The notes under the pieces were generated by a model that ran no database searches, had not been told where the DNA came from, and saw nothing but the letters and a program-made list of their open reading frames with translations. Below, in pieces: positions 9,954-19,968 of a DNA stretch of 63,585 nt. Every line of letters begins with the position of its first letter. The stretch's first letter is position 1. Made by a program: the position numbers and the translations under genes. This DNA is from an uncultured Bacteroidales bacterium (lineage in GTDB: Bacteria; Bacteroidota; Bacteroidia; Bacteroidales; B18-G4): contig CAZASJ010000009.1 in assembly GCA_964487735.1 (NCBI GenBank), forward strand, positions 388 to 63,972, given 5' to 3'.

Positions 9954-10847
9954 ATGAGCACAGAAACACTCGAACATTGTATTATCTGCAAATCAAACTC
10001 TCATTCAGAGCATCTCCGCTGTAAAGATTATTTTGTATCAGGAGAATCTTTTACCATCTCTGTCTGCAATGTATGTGGCTTTTGTTTTACCAATCCCAGG
10101 CCTGGGATTAATGATATTGGTAAATATTATGAGTCTACAGATTATGTCTCACACTCAAAAACATCGCAAGGTTTAACAAACCGGCTTTTTCATCTTGCGC
10201 GAAGCTATACCTTGCGCTCAAAAAAAAATACGCTTAACAAACATGCAAGCGGCCACAGCATATTGGACTATGGCTGTGGAACTGGTGAGTTTCTGAATAA
10301 AATGAATAAATCCGGCTGGGCATGTGTAGGAATTGAGCCAAATGAAAACGCCCGCAATCATGCCATTAAAGCCTATGGACTAAATATTGTAGGTGAGGAC
10401 GCTCTAGAAGGTATTGACGCGGAGTCATTGGACACTATCAGCCTCTGGCATGTTCTGGAACATATATACCCGCTTGAAGAAAGGATCCGCAGTTTTCATA
10501 AAATACTGAAAAAAGATGGTACATTAATTGTAGCTGTACCTAACATGAATTCATTCGACGCAAAAAAATACAAGGAGTATTGGGCAGCCTATGATCTGCC
10601 AAGACACATTTATCACTTTTCACCGGATAGCATTTCGGCACTTATGAAAATTTACGGCTTTAAATTGCAAGCTACAAAATCAATGCCCCTGGATTCTTTT
10701 TATATATCCATGCTTAGTGAAAAATACAAACACGGCTCAACAAAAATATTTAATGCGATCATAAATGGCCTTCGCTCGAATATATCTGCATTTTTTAAGG
10801 ATGGGAATTATTCAAGTTTAATATATATCTTTAAAAAGTCAGAATAA
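9954..10847 (+). CDS. Class I SAM-dependent methyltransferase with N-terminal Cys pairs
   Basis: LDYGCGTG motif I, WHVLEH, N-terminal CxxC...CxxC. Confidence 0.9.
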   Translation: MSTETLEHCIICKSNSHSEHLRCKDYFVSGESFTISVCNVCGFCFTNPRPGINDIGKYYESTDYVSHSKTSQGLTNRLFHLARSYTLRSKKNTLNKHASGHSILDYGCGTGEFLNKMNKSGWACVGIEPNENARNHAIKAYGLNIVGEDALEGIDAESLDTISLWHVLEHIYPLEERIRSFHKILKKDGTLIVAVPNMNSFDAKKYKEYWAAYDLPRHIYHFSPDSISALMKIYGFKLQATKSMPLDSFYISMLSEKYKHGSTKIFNAIINGLRSNISAFFKDGNYSSLIYIFKKSE

Positions 10848-10973
10848 GGCATTTTGAGCGCCTCTGGCGCCGAATTATGCCTTTCTGGTGCAGATACCCT
10901 ATAAATGGAAAATAATTCGTCAGACGGCCTTATTTTTAATAGCCACCTAATTGCTTGATTATTAACTATTTAA

Positions 10974-13900
10974 ATGCATAATCTCTCAAATATTTCCATC
11001 TATACCAGAAAATTTGTTTTCTATCTAATTCTGGCATTTATTTTTATAGTTACTTCTGTTATATATGAAGCAAGGGTCATAAATAGAAATACTCCATATA
11101 AAATTCATCAGAATTTTCAACTGGAATTTTCGGAGGCAGAAAAATTACTTAATAATTTTATTGACTCTCTGTTTCAGGAAAAATATTTGGAATCCACCCT
11201 CAAGACAGATACGTTCGTCCGTGAAAACATAAATACACCCTTTTCTTTCTATTTTTTCAAATATCACAAAGACTCTCTTACGTACTGGTCGGACAATTCT
11301 GTTCCCTTCATTCCAAATGAGCATACAAACGCTCATGAAGGCATGATCATTTCTCTGGCCAACGGATTTTATTACTATAAAGACAGCCTTTCCGGAAATG
11401 ACCGTCTTTCAGGACTTTTTCTGATTAAAAGAAATTATGCGTATCAAAATATCTACCTGGAAAACAGATTCCAATCGGGATTTAGTGTTCCTCCGGAAAC
11501 GATCATTTCACTAGAAAAAGGAAAATACAACATAAATAACGACAACGGATTTGTATTTTCTATTCAACCCCACGATAAGCCTTTCCCGGCTAAAATCCCT
11601 ACACTTATTCTTCTGGCTCTTTATGCCATTTTCTTTATCTCCCTCTGTGCAGCCATTTTCCAGTTATACATGCGGTTCAGCCAACACTTTAAGTCGAGGT
11701 TATTGCTTGTTGTTGCATTTTTTATCGATGTTATCATTTTACGCACATTGATGTTCATATTCAGTTTTCCGGCCTCACTTCACAATACGTACATATTTAA
11801 GCCGGGTGCATTTGCCGCTTCTGACATGATCCCTTCCATGGGCGATTTTCTATTTAACGCCCTGGCCCTTTTGATTATAAGCTATACCCTTTTTATTACC
11901 TATAAGAATTTAAACTTTAGAAAGCGAAAATCTGCTTTTCGAAGAGTGACGCTTATCCTTTCACTGTTTTTGCACATCTATATTTTCTACAGGCTTTTCC
12001 TTTGGGCAGCCGATAGTCTGATCATGGATGCAAGTTATTCCATGAATCTGAACCAGATCTTTTTTCTAACCAGCGATTCGTATCTGGCCCTGATCGTTTT
12101 TACGATATTGTTATTTAGTTTCTTTCTGGTATCATACAGAATCCTGGGACTGGCATTTCATTATTCAGGAAGATCCATACTCCATTATTTCGGCTTACTC
12201 CTGCTTACAAGTATGGTATATTTTGTGATTTGCTTTTACAGGCATAACTGTGAATTCACACTCTTTCTACCCCTGATTGCTTATGCTACAGCATTTTATT
12301 TACTATCAGCAAACAGGTCAGACCTTAGCGGAGTCGGATTCTCTGCGGCTGTGCTTTATCTTTTTCTTTTTGCAATCATCAGCACCGCTGTGTTATTCTC
12401 TTTTAACAGTAAAAAGGAGGTTGAACAACGCAAGCTTCTTGCCATTGAACTGGCCAGTGGAGAAGACCCCCTGACTGAATACATTTTTGTTTCCGCCACC
12501 GAAGAAATGAGTACAGACTCCCTCCTTCGGGAGCTTCTTTCTCAGGCGCCCTACGATATCGAAAAGGAAGACCTTGCCATTGATTATATAGAAGAACATT
12601 ACCTTACCGACCGCCTCAGAAAATACGAGTGGATGCTAACCATATGCACACCTGGCAGATCGCTTATTATCCAGCCCGAAGATTATATCGTAAACTGCTA
12701 TGATTATTTTGGCAAAATAATTACGACCCTTTCAACACCTACGATGGGCCAGAATCTGTTCAGATATGACAATGAAGCAGGCATGTGCAATTACATTTCT
12801 GCTCAGGACTTTGTTTTCAATGAGGGCACGGACACGGTAACGGTATACATAGAACTGTTTTCCTTATTTATACCCGAGGAGGGATTGGGATATCCCGAGT
12901 TGTTGATCGACGAAAAGATCAAAACATTTTCCGGTCTTGAAAGTTATTCTTATGCCAGATATAAAGAGAACAGACTGGTATTCAAATATGGAACCTATCC
13001 GTACCGGACCTCCTTTAAAAAATATGAGCAGGATGTTTCGGAATCATTTATCAATCACAATTATGCCGATCATTTTATTTCTAAAATAGAAGATGATGAA
13101 TTTTTGATTATCAGTAAAGAAGAGGTGGGGTTCCTTGAGGTTCTGGCACCGTTTTCCTACCTGTTAATCTTTTTCACAATATTCATTTTGTTGTTTTTAA
13201 GCGGTGTGAATATTCCTTTTACCAGGGCACGTTTTGAGCTTAATTTCAGAAACCGCCTGCAGCTATATATCATTTCCCTTATCATTGTTTCTTTTGTAAT
13301 CGTAGGGATCATTACGGTGAGGTATGTCATAAACCTTAACACAGATAAAAATAAAGAGATCCTGCAGGAGAAAACCCATTCGGTACTTATTGAACTCGAA
13401 CACAAATTATCCGGCGAAGGTCAACTCACAATTGACATGCAGGAATATCTTACAAACTTGCTTATCAAGTTTTCAAAGGTTTTCTTCTCCGATATCAACC
13501 TATACGATTTGCAGGGAGACCTTCTTGCCTCATCCAGGCCTCAGATCTTCCAGAAGCAACTTATTTCAACCAAAATGAATGCCGAGGCATTCCGGATACT
13601 TACCATAGACAAAAAACTATTATTTATACATACCGAAACAATAGGAGACCAGGATTATTTTTCAGCTTATGTTCCCTTCATGAATGAGGATAACGACGTT
13701 GTCGCCTATTTAAACCTCCCTTATTTTGCACGCCAGACTGAGCTTCAAAATGAAATTTCCCTCTTCCTGAATGCTTTTCTGAATGTGTATGTACTGATGA
13801 TCGCAGTTGCTATTTTTATAGCTTTGCTGATCTCCCGTTATACCACCCAGCCTCTTCAACTCATTCGCGGCAAGATGGCCTCCTTATCCCTCAGTGGAAC

Positions 13901-14687
13901 CAATGAAAAGATCAAGTGGTCGAGAAATGATGAAATCGGCACCCTTGTGGCAGAATACAACCGAATGATCGATGAGCTCATGCGTAGTGCCGAACTCCTG
14001 GCTCAATCAGAAAGAGAAAGTGCCTGGCGGGAAATGGCCAAACAGGTAGCTCATGAGATCAAAAACCCCTTAACGCCCATGAAGCTGAGTGTGCAGTATC
14101 TGCAAAAGGCATGGGATGAAAAACAGCCCGACTGGGATGCACGATTAAGAAGGTTTACCCAAACGATCGTAGAACATATTGATACCCTTTCGGACATAGC
14201 ATCCGAGTTTTCCGACTTTGCTAAAATGCCAACAAAGAAAGAGGAACAGCTTGACCTTTCTGAAAGCATTAAAAAGTCACTCGACCTGTTTTCAGATATC
14301 GAAAACATCCAGTTCATCTATACCCCCTTAAACGATGGGCCTTTTTATGTGCTGGCCGACAAAAACCAATTGATCAGGGTTTTTAACAATCTTATTAAAA
14401 ACTCCATACAGGCCATCGGAAAAACCCCCAATGGCAGGATCGAAATAAGCCTTGACCAAAAAGATAATTATTATCATATAATTGTAACTGACAATGGGCC
14501 GGGAATAGCACCTGATATGGTGGATAAGATCTTTTCGCCCAGCTTTACCACTAAAACCAGTGGCATGGGACTCGGGCTGGCCCTTGTAAAAAGCATCATA
14601 CACGAAGCCGGGGGAGAAATCAGCTTTGAGTCGGCCTCAAAAAAAGGGACAATTTTTATGATCCGCTTACCCATATATCACACCTAG
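10974..14687 (+). CDS. Large multi-TM sensor histidine kinase (NtrY-like HAMP-HisKA-HATPase)
   Basis: Many TM helices; HAMP (DEIGTLVAEYNRM); H box AHEIKNPLTP; N box NLIKNS; DNGPG; GMGLGL. Confidence 0.92.
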   Translation: MHNLSNISIYTRKFVFYLILAFIFIVTSVIYEARVINRNTPYKIHQNFQLEFSEAEKLLNNFIDSLFQEKYLESTLKTDTFVRENINTPFSFYFFKYHKDSLTYWSDNSVPFIPNEHTNAHEGMIISLANGFYYYKDSLSGNDRLSGLFLIKRNYAYQNIYLENRFQSGFSVPPETIISLEKGKYNINNDNGFVFSIQPHDKPFPAKIPTLILLALYAIFFISLCAAIFQLYMRFSQHFKSRLLLVVAFFIDVIILRTLMFIFSFPASLHNTYIFKPGAFAASDMIPSMGDFLFNALALLIISYTLFITYKNLNFRKRKSAFRRVTLILSLFLHIYIFYRLFLWAADSLIMDASYSMNLNQIFFLTSDSYLALIVFTILLFSFFLVSYRILGLAFHYSGRSILHYFGLLLLTSMVYFVICFYRHNCEFTLFLPLIAYATAFYLLSANRSDLSGVGFSAAVLYLFLFAIISTAVLFSFNSKKEVEQRKLLAIELASGEDPLTEYIFVSATEEMSTDSLLRELLSQAPYDIEKEDLAIDYIEEHYLTDRLRKYEWMLTICTPGRSLIIQPEDYIVNCYDYFGKIITTLSTPTMGQNLFRYDNEAGMCNYISAQDFVFNEGTDTVTVYIELFSLFIPEEGLGYPELLIDEKIKTFSGLESYSYARYKENRLVFKYGTYPYRTSFKKYEQDVSESFINHNYADHFISKIEDDEFLIISKEEVGFLEVLAPFSYLLIFFTIFILLFLSGVNIPFTRARFELNFRNRLQLYIISLIIVSFVIVGIITVRYVINLNTDKNKEILQEKTHSVLIELEHKLSGEGQLTIDMQEYLTNLLIKFSKVFFSDINLYDLQGDLLASSRPQIFQKQLISTKMNAEAFRILTIDKKLLFIHTETIGDQDYFSAYVPFMNEDNDVVAYLNLPYFARQTELQNEISLFLNAFLNVYVLMIAVAIFIALLISRYTTQPLQLIRGKMASLSLSGTNEKIKWSRNDEIGTLVAEYNRMIDELMRSAELLAQSERESAWREMAKQVAHEIKNPLTPMKLSVQYLQKAWDEKQPDWDARLRRFTQTIVEHIDTLSDIASEFSDFAKMPTKKEEQLDLSESIKKSLDLFSDIENIQFIYTPLNDGPFYVLADKNQLIRVFNNLIKNSIQAIGKTPNGRIEISLDQKDNYYHIIVTDNGPGIAPDMVDKIFSPSFTTKTSGMGLGLALVKSIIHEAGGEISFESASKKGTIFMIRLPIYHT

Positions 14688-14771
14688 TTGTTTGTTGCGT
14701 TAGTACCTTAATGATATCTACCCTGTTATTAACTTATCGCAATTATGACAGCAATAAATGCATTTCATTTT

Positions 14772-14779
14772 TACATTTG
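14772..14779 (+). promoter_or_regulatory. Promoter -7 box of flippase-dut
   Basis: TACATTTG, 22 nt before the TTG start. Confidence 0.6.
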
Positions 14780-14801
14780 TAGTCTAAGCTAAGCACGGGA
14801 A

Positions 14802-16295
14802 TTGAAAGCAATACAAAAACTCGCCGGACAAACTGCCGTATATGGCATGGGAACCATCGTTCCGCGCCTGCTCAATTATCTTTTGCTTACTCCGTTTTAC
14901 ACACGCATTTTTCTTGAAGGCCAATACGGTGTTGTCACAGAGCTCTACGCTTATGTTGCATTCCTGCTTGTGCTTTTAACCTATGGGATGGAAACATCCT
15001 ATTTCCGATTTGCTGAATCGGAAAAGGATAAAAAGAGTGTTTTTACAACGGCAATGGGCTCGCTTTTTTTAACATCTACAGTATTTATTTTCTTTGCCAT
15101 CCTTTTTGCGCAGGATATCGCAAATCTGATCAGGTACCAGGCCAACCCTGAATATATTATATATTTTTCGATCATTGTTGGTGTAGATGCTTTCACTTCC
15201 ATTCCCTTTGCCCGCCTCCGTCAGGAAAACAGGGCCTTTCGCTTTGCCTGGATAAAGATCGTAAACGTTGCGGTAAACATCTTGCTTAATTTCTTTTTCC
15301 TGTTATTCTGCCCATGGTTTCTTAAAACAAATCCCGACTCCTGGATCGCCATGGTGTATGACGCCGATATTGGGGTAGGCTATGCATTTATATCAAACCT
15401 GATTGCCAGCCTTGTTACACTGATTCTACTTATCCCTGATATCTTCAAAGTTCGCTTTACATTCAGTCCTTCTCTTTTAAGAAAAATGCTTTCTTATGGC
15501 CTGCCTTTGCTTCTTGTAGGCCTTTTCGGGATGATCAATGAAGTTTCGGATAAGCTGCTGTTTAAGTTCCTTATCAACGTTCCTGAAAATGTTTCTGACA
15601 GGGAAATGTATGTTCTGGGACAATTGGGTGTATATGGAGCCAATTACCGCCTGGCGGTGCTCATGACCCTCTTCATACAAATGTTCCGCTACGCTGCTGA
15701 GCCCTTTTTCTTTTCACATTCACTAGAAGAGAATGCGAAGCAATTGTATGCATCTGTAATGAAATATTTCATCATTTTTTGCTTATTGATCTTTCTTTCG
15801 GTAACGCTCTTTCTGGACATCTTCAAATATTTCATCGGACCTGATTTCCGGGCCGGCCTGCATATCGTACCCATCATACTTATGGCAAATCTCCTGCTGG
15901 GCATTTTTTATAATTTGTCGGTCTGGTATAAACTTACAGACAAGACCCGTTTTGGGGCCATTATTGCTTTCACCGGGGCCCTTATTACAGTTGTTCTTAA
16001 TATTGTGCTGGTACCCAAATATGGTTATTCTGGCGCTGCCTGGGCCCATTTTGCCTGCTATTTATCTATGGTCATATTTTCCTTTATTCTTGGCAGGAAA
16101 TACTATAAAGTAAATTATGATCTGCCCAATATATTTCTGTATTTTGTCATGGCAATGGGCATCTATTTTCTGGCTGTCTACTTTCCCTTATTCGATGGAG
16201 CGGCAAAAATTGTATTGCACATTTTATATATTTGCGTCTTTATATTATTTGCCTACCTGCTTGAACGAAAAAAATACAGTCGTGAATTTCGTTAA
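14802..16295 (+). CDS. Oligosaccharide flippase / polysaccharide biosynthesis protein (MOP superfamily)
   Basis: About 14 hydrophobic segments; N-terminus KLAGQTAVYG...RLLNYLL typical of the Bacteroidetes flippase next to dut; TTG start. Confidence 0.85.
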   Translation: MKAIQKLAGQTAVYGMGTIVPRLLNYLLLTPFYTRIFLEGQYGVVTELYAYVAFLLVLLTYGMETSYFRFAESEKDKKSVFTTAMGSLFLTSTVFIFFAILFAQDIANLIRYQANPEYIIYFSIIVGVDAFTSIPFARLRQENRAFRFAWIKIVNVAVNILLNFFFLLFCPWFLKTNPDSWIAMVYDADIGVGYAFISNLIASLVTLILLIPDIFKVRFTFSPSLLRKMLSYGLPLLLVGLFGMINEVSDKLLFKFLINVPENVSDREMYVLGQLGVYGANYRLAVLMTLFIQMFRYAAEPFFFSHSLEENAKQLYASVMKYFIIFCLLIFLSVTLFLDIFKYFIGPDFRAGLHIVPIILMANLLLGIFYNLSVWYKLTDKTRFGAIIAFTGALITVVLNIVLVPKYGYSGAAWAHFACYLSMVIFSFILGRKYYKVNYDLPNIFLYFVMAMGIYFLAVYFPLFDGAAKIVLHILYICVFILFAYLLERKKYSREFR

Positions 16296-16320
16296 AGTCA
16301 AAACCAACCTATAGCATTGT

Positions 16321-16755
16321 ATGAAAATTAAGATCGTAAACCAATCAAAACACCCCCTCCCTGAATATGAAACGGAGCTATCGGCCGGTATGGATCTTCG
16401 CGCAAACCTGGAAGAGCCTGTACTTCTCCAAAGCCTCGAGCGCGCCCTGATTCCCACAGGCCTGTTTATTGAGCTGCCTGCCGGATATGAAGCACAGATA
16501 AGGCCGCGCAGCGGACTGGCTATCAAAAAAGGGATCAGCCTTGTGAATACCCCCGGAACCATTGATGCTGATTATCGTGGAGAGATCAAGATCATCCTTA
16601 TTAACCTTTCTAAAGAAGACTTTCTTGTAAATGATGGTGAACGAATCGCACAAATGGTGATCTCGCGTCATGAAAAGGCTGAATTTGTCCTCGTAGAGGA
16701 ACTGAATGAAACGGATCGTGGAGCCGGTGGTTTCGGCCATAGCGGTACAAAATAA
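16321..16755 (+). CDS. dut: dUTP diphosphatase
   Basis: [30 protein letters not shown] motifs. Confidence 0.98.
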   Translation: MKIKIVNQSKHPLPEYETELSAGMDLRANLEEPVLLQSLERALIPTGLFIELPAGYEAQIRPRSGLAIKKGISLVNTPGTIDADYRGEIKIILINLSKEDFLVNDGERIAQMVISRHEKAEFVLVEELNETDRGAGGFGHSGTK

Positions 16756-16795
16756 CTCCCTGTATTTTTGATGGCGAGGTCTCGCGAATTTCGCC

Positions 16796-16819
16796 TAATT
16801 TTGTAACAGACTTGTTACA
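16796..16819 (+). promoter_or_regulatory. mrdA promoter -7 box overlapped by a perfect palindrome
   Basis: TAATTTTG at 16796-16803 overlaps TGTAACA-gact-TGTTACA at 16802-16819. Confidence 0.55.
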
Positions 16820-16825
16820 TTCCTC

Positions 16826-18646
16826 ATGATATCTACTGATTACCAGAATCGAAAATATGTGATCATAGCAATTTTTTTGCTGGTAGCTATCCTCTATACC
16901 ATACGCCTTTTCATGCTACAGGTTTTAAGCAATGAATATAAGCTTTCTGCTGAGAACAATGTACTAAGGTATATTACGGAATATCCCGCCAGGGGCCTCA
17001 TCTACGACAGGAACGGCATTCTTCTGGTGTATAATGAAGCGGCCTACGACCTCATGGTCATTCCACAGCAACTGAAAGCTTTTGACACTACAGAGCTTTG
17101 CAATTTGCTGAACATGGAAAGGGCTGCATTTATGGAGGAATTGATCAAAGCAAAAAAATACTCCTACCGCAAACCATCCATCTTTCTGGAGCAGATTTCC
17201 AGGGAAGATTATGGCTATCTGGCAGAAAAACTATATAAATATCCCGGTTTTTATGTTCAATCGCGCACCCTCAGGAAATATCCTGAGCCCATGGCAGCTC
17301 ACCTCCTCGGCTATATAGGCGAGGTAAACAACAGGGAACTTGAATCAGATGCTTTTTATACCCAGGGTGATTACATTGGCAAAAGTGGCCTGGAAAGGTC
17401 GTATGAGAATGTATTGCGTGGCGAAAAAGGCCTTCAGGTTGTGATGGTGGATGTACACAATCGTGAAAAGGGTTCTTTTGCTGCAGGGAAATACGATACT
17501 GCCGCGATAGCCGGGAAGAATCTGCAAATCTCTATTGATTCTGAATTGCAGGCTTATGGTGAGCTGCTGATGCAAAATAAGATCGGAAGCATTGTAGCAC
17601 TGGAGCCATCATCCGGTGAAGTGCTGGCTCTTGTTACAGCACCTTCATATGATCCCAACCTTCTGGTGGGAAGGGTGCGTAGTAAAAACTACATCCGGCT
17701 TCAGGACGATTCGCTTAAACCTCTTATGAACAGGGCCATAGGGGGCACCTACCCCCCCGGTTCAACATTTAAAATGGTGAACGCCCTGATAGGCATGGAT
17801 GAAGAGGTCCTTAATCAAAACACAAGGTATCAATGCGATGGCCCTGAAAGCAGGCCTATAAGGTGCACACACTATCATGAAACTCCGCTGGCTCTGAATT
17901 CAGCGATTCAAAACAGTTGCAATCCCTATTTCTGGAACGTATTCAGGTCCATTTTAACCAATCCTGTTTATGGGAATGATAGCGTTGGCTTCAATCATTG
18001 GAGGAAGCATGTAATGAGTTTTGGATTTGGGCTTAAATTCAATACAGACATCCCTTTTGAACTTAAAGGAAATATTCCTACGGCTGATTATTATGACAGA
18101 ATTTATGGTAAAGGCCATTGGAAGGCCCTCACAGTTCGTTCATTAGCCATCGGGCAGGGTGAGATCCTGGTAACCCCCCTCCAACTTGCCAACATGGCTG
18201 TGATCGTGGCAAATAAAGGCTATTATTACCGTCCCCATATACTGAAGGGAATTGACGAAATAGAGAATCCCATAGCAGAATTCACAGAAAAACAACTCAC
18301 GAGCATAGACCCCAGACACTATGATTTTATCCGCCAATCGATGCTTGATGTGTTTGAGGGTGAACATGGGACAGCAAGATGGTATAAGATTGACAGCGTT
18401 TTGATTTGCGGTAAAACCGGAACCGTGGAAAATCCGCATGGGAAGGATCACTCCATGTTCATAGCCTTTGCACCTTATGACGACCCCCAAATAGCCCTAA
18501 CCGTTATTGTTGAAAATTCCGGTTTCGGGTCATCATGGGCTGTACCTATGGCCACTTTGCTAATCGAAAAATATCTTCTGGGAAAAGTGAAGCGAAAAGC
18601 CCTGGAAGAACGAATGATCAATGAAAATCTAATCAACAGAGAATGA
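16826..18646 (+). CDS. mrdA: Penicillin-binding protein 2
   Basis: N-terminal TM, RGLIYDRNG dimerization-domain motif, SxxK (STFK), SxN (SCN), KTG. Confidence 0.95.
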   Translation: MISTDYQNRKYVIIAIFLLVAILYTIRLFMLQVLSNEYKLSAENNVLRYITEYPARGLIYDRNGILLVYNEAAYDLMVIPQQLKAFDTTELCNLLNMERAAFMEELIKAKKYSYRKPSIFLEQISREDYGYLAEKLYKYPGFYVQSRTLRKYPEPMAAHLLGYIGEVNNRELESDAFYTQGDYIGKSGLERSYENVLRGEKGLQVVMVDVHNREKGSFAAGKYDTAAIAGKNLQISIDSELQAYGELLMQNKIGSIVALEPSSGEVLALVTAPSYDPNLLVGRVRSKNYIRLQDDSLKPLMNRAIGGTYPPGSTFKMVNALIGMDEEVLNQNTRYQCDGPESRPIRCTHYHETPLALNSAIQNSCNPYFWNVFRSILTNPVYGNDSVGFNHWRKHVMSFGFGLKFNTDIPFELKGNIPTADYYDRIYGKGHWKALTVRSLAIGQGEILVTPLQLANMAVIVANKGYYYRPHILKGIDEIENPIAEFTEKQLTSIDPRHYDFIRQSMLDVFEGEHGTARWYKIDSVLICGKTGTVENPHGKDHSMFIAFAPYDDPQIALTVIVENSGFGSSWAVPMATLLIEKYLLGKVKRKALEERMINENLINRE

Positions 18647-19902
18647 GAGAACGGCAGGGCATATTGCAAAATATTGACTGGGTAACCGTATTGTTATTCC
18701 TGCTGCTTGCGATGATCGGCTGGATAAATATTTATGCTGCTGTTTACAATGATGAGCATGCCAGTATTTTCGATTTTTCGCAGCGTTATGGTAAGCAGCT
18801 CATGTGGATTTTTGCCGCACTGTTTATTGGCCTTGTCATTATCATTATCGATGCCTCTTTCTTCATAACTTTTTCATATGTCATATATGGCATAAGCATA
18901 TTGTCCCTGCTGGCGGTCTTGGTAGTTGGAACCGAAATTGCAGGCTCAAAATCATGGTTTCAGTTCGGGGGCATTGCCCTTCAGCCCGCTGAATTTGCCA
19001 AATTTGCCACCTGCCTTGCCCTTGCCAAATACCTCAGCACTTTTAATGTATCCCTGAAGCGGTTAAAAACAAAAATAGTGGCATCTGCTATTATTTTGCT
19101 TCCGGCTGCCTTGGTTTTACTGCAAAATGATACAGGATCAGCACTCGTATATTTCATTTTTATCCTGGTTCTTTTCCGCGAAGGATTGACAGGCAACATT
19201 CTGCTTATTGGCCTGATGGTTGCCTTTTTGTTTGTGATCACCCTCCTGATGGATAAGCTGTATGTAATGGCAATCCTGATCTCGATGGCCCTTGTGATGT
19301 TTTACTTTATGAGGCGCAATAAGAGAAATATAATGATTCTTGTTGGCCTTTTGCTCATATCAACAGCCTTTGTATATTCAGTTGATTATGCCTTTGAAAA
19401 CATCCTCGAGCCTCATCAAAAGAAACGGATCAATGTATTGCTGGGAAAAGAACTCGACCTCAGGGGGGCGGGTTACAATGTTCATCAGTCGAAGATCGCA
19501 ATCGGCTCGGGAGGCCTCAGTGGTAAAGGCTTCCTGCAAGGAACACAAACAAAGTATGATTTTGTTCCAGAGCAGGATACCGATTTTATTTTTTGCACCA
19601 TCGGTGAAGAGTGGGGATTTATTGGGTCTCTGGTTGTTGTAGTGCTCTTCATGGCATTGCTCATAAGGCTTATAAGGTTGGCCGAACGACAGCGATCCGA
19701 TTTCAGCAGGATATATGGATATGGGGTAGCCTCCATAATTTTCTTCCATTTTACTGTAAATATCGGCATGACCATCGGCCTCTTACCGGTAATTGGCATT
19801 CCACTGCCTTTTATCAGCTATGGAGGGTCTTCCCTCTGGGCATTTACCATACTGCTGTACATTTTCATCAGACAGGATGCCAGCAGGCTTGAATTATTGT
19901 AA
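18643..19902 (+). CDS. rodA: Rod shape-determining protein RodA (SEDS family)
   Basis: QPAEFAK, SKIAIGSGG, PEQDTDFIF, GIPLPFISYGGSS; ATGA overlap with mrdA. Confidence 0.96.
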   Translation: MRERQGILQNIDWVTVLLFLLLAMIGWINIYAAVYNDEHASIFDFSQRYGKQLMWIFAALFIGLVIIIIDASFFITFSYVIYGISILSLLAVLVVGTEIAGSKSWFQFGGIALQPAEFAKFATCLALAKYLSTFNVSLKRLKTKIVASAIILLPAALVLLQNDTGSALVYFIFILVLFREGLTGNILLIGLMVAFLFVITLLMDKLYVMAILISMALVMFYFMRRNKRNIMILVGLLLISTAFVYSVDYAFENILEPHQKKRINVLLGKELDLRGAGYNVHQSKIAIGSGGLSGKGFLQGTQTKYDFVPEQDTDFIFCTIGEEWGFIGSLVVVVLFMALLIRLIRLAERQRSDFSRIYGYGVASIIFFHFTVNIGMTIGLLPVIGIPLPFISYGGSSLWAFTILLYIFIRQDASRLELL

Positions 19903-19968
19903 GCTTTCTTAAAACCATTTGTCCCATGCATTGTTTAAAAGTCATTGAATAAATAAAATGATGCCATT

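Noticed and set aside
10848-10973. oriC itself in the gap after the methyltransferase
   Set aside because: Only 126 bp, with a terminator-like hairpin and no recognisable DnaA boxes; only origin proximity, from parS, is supportable.
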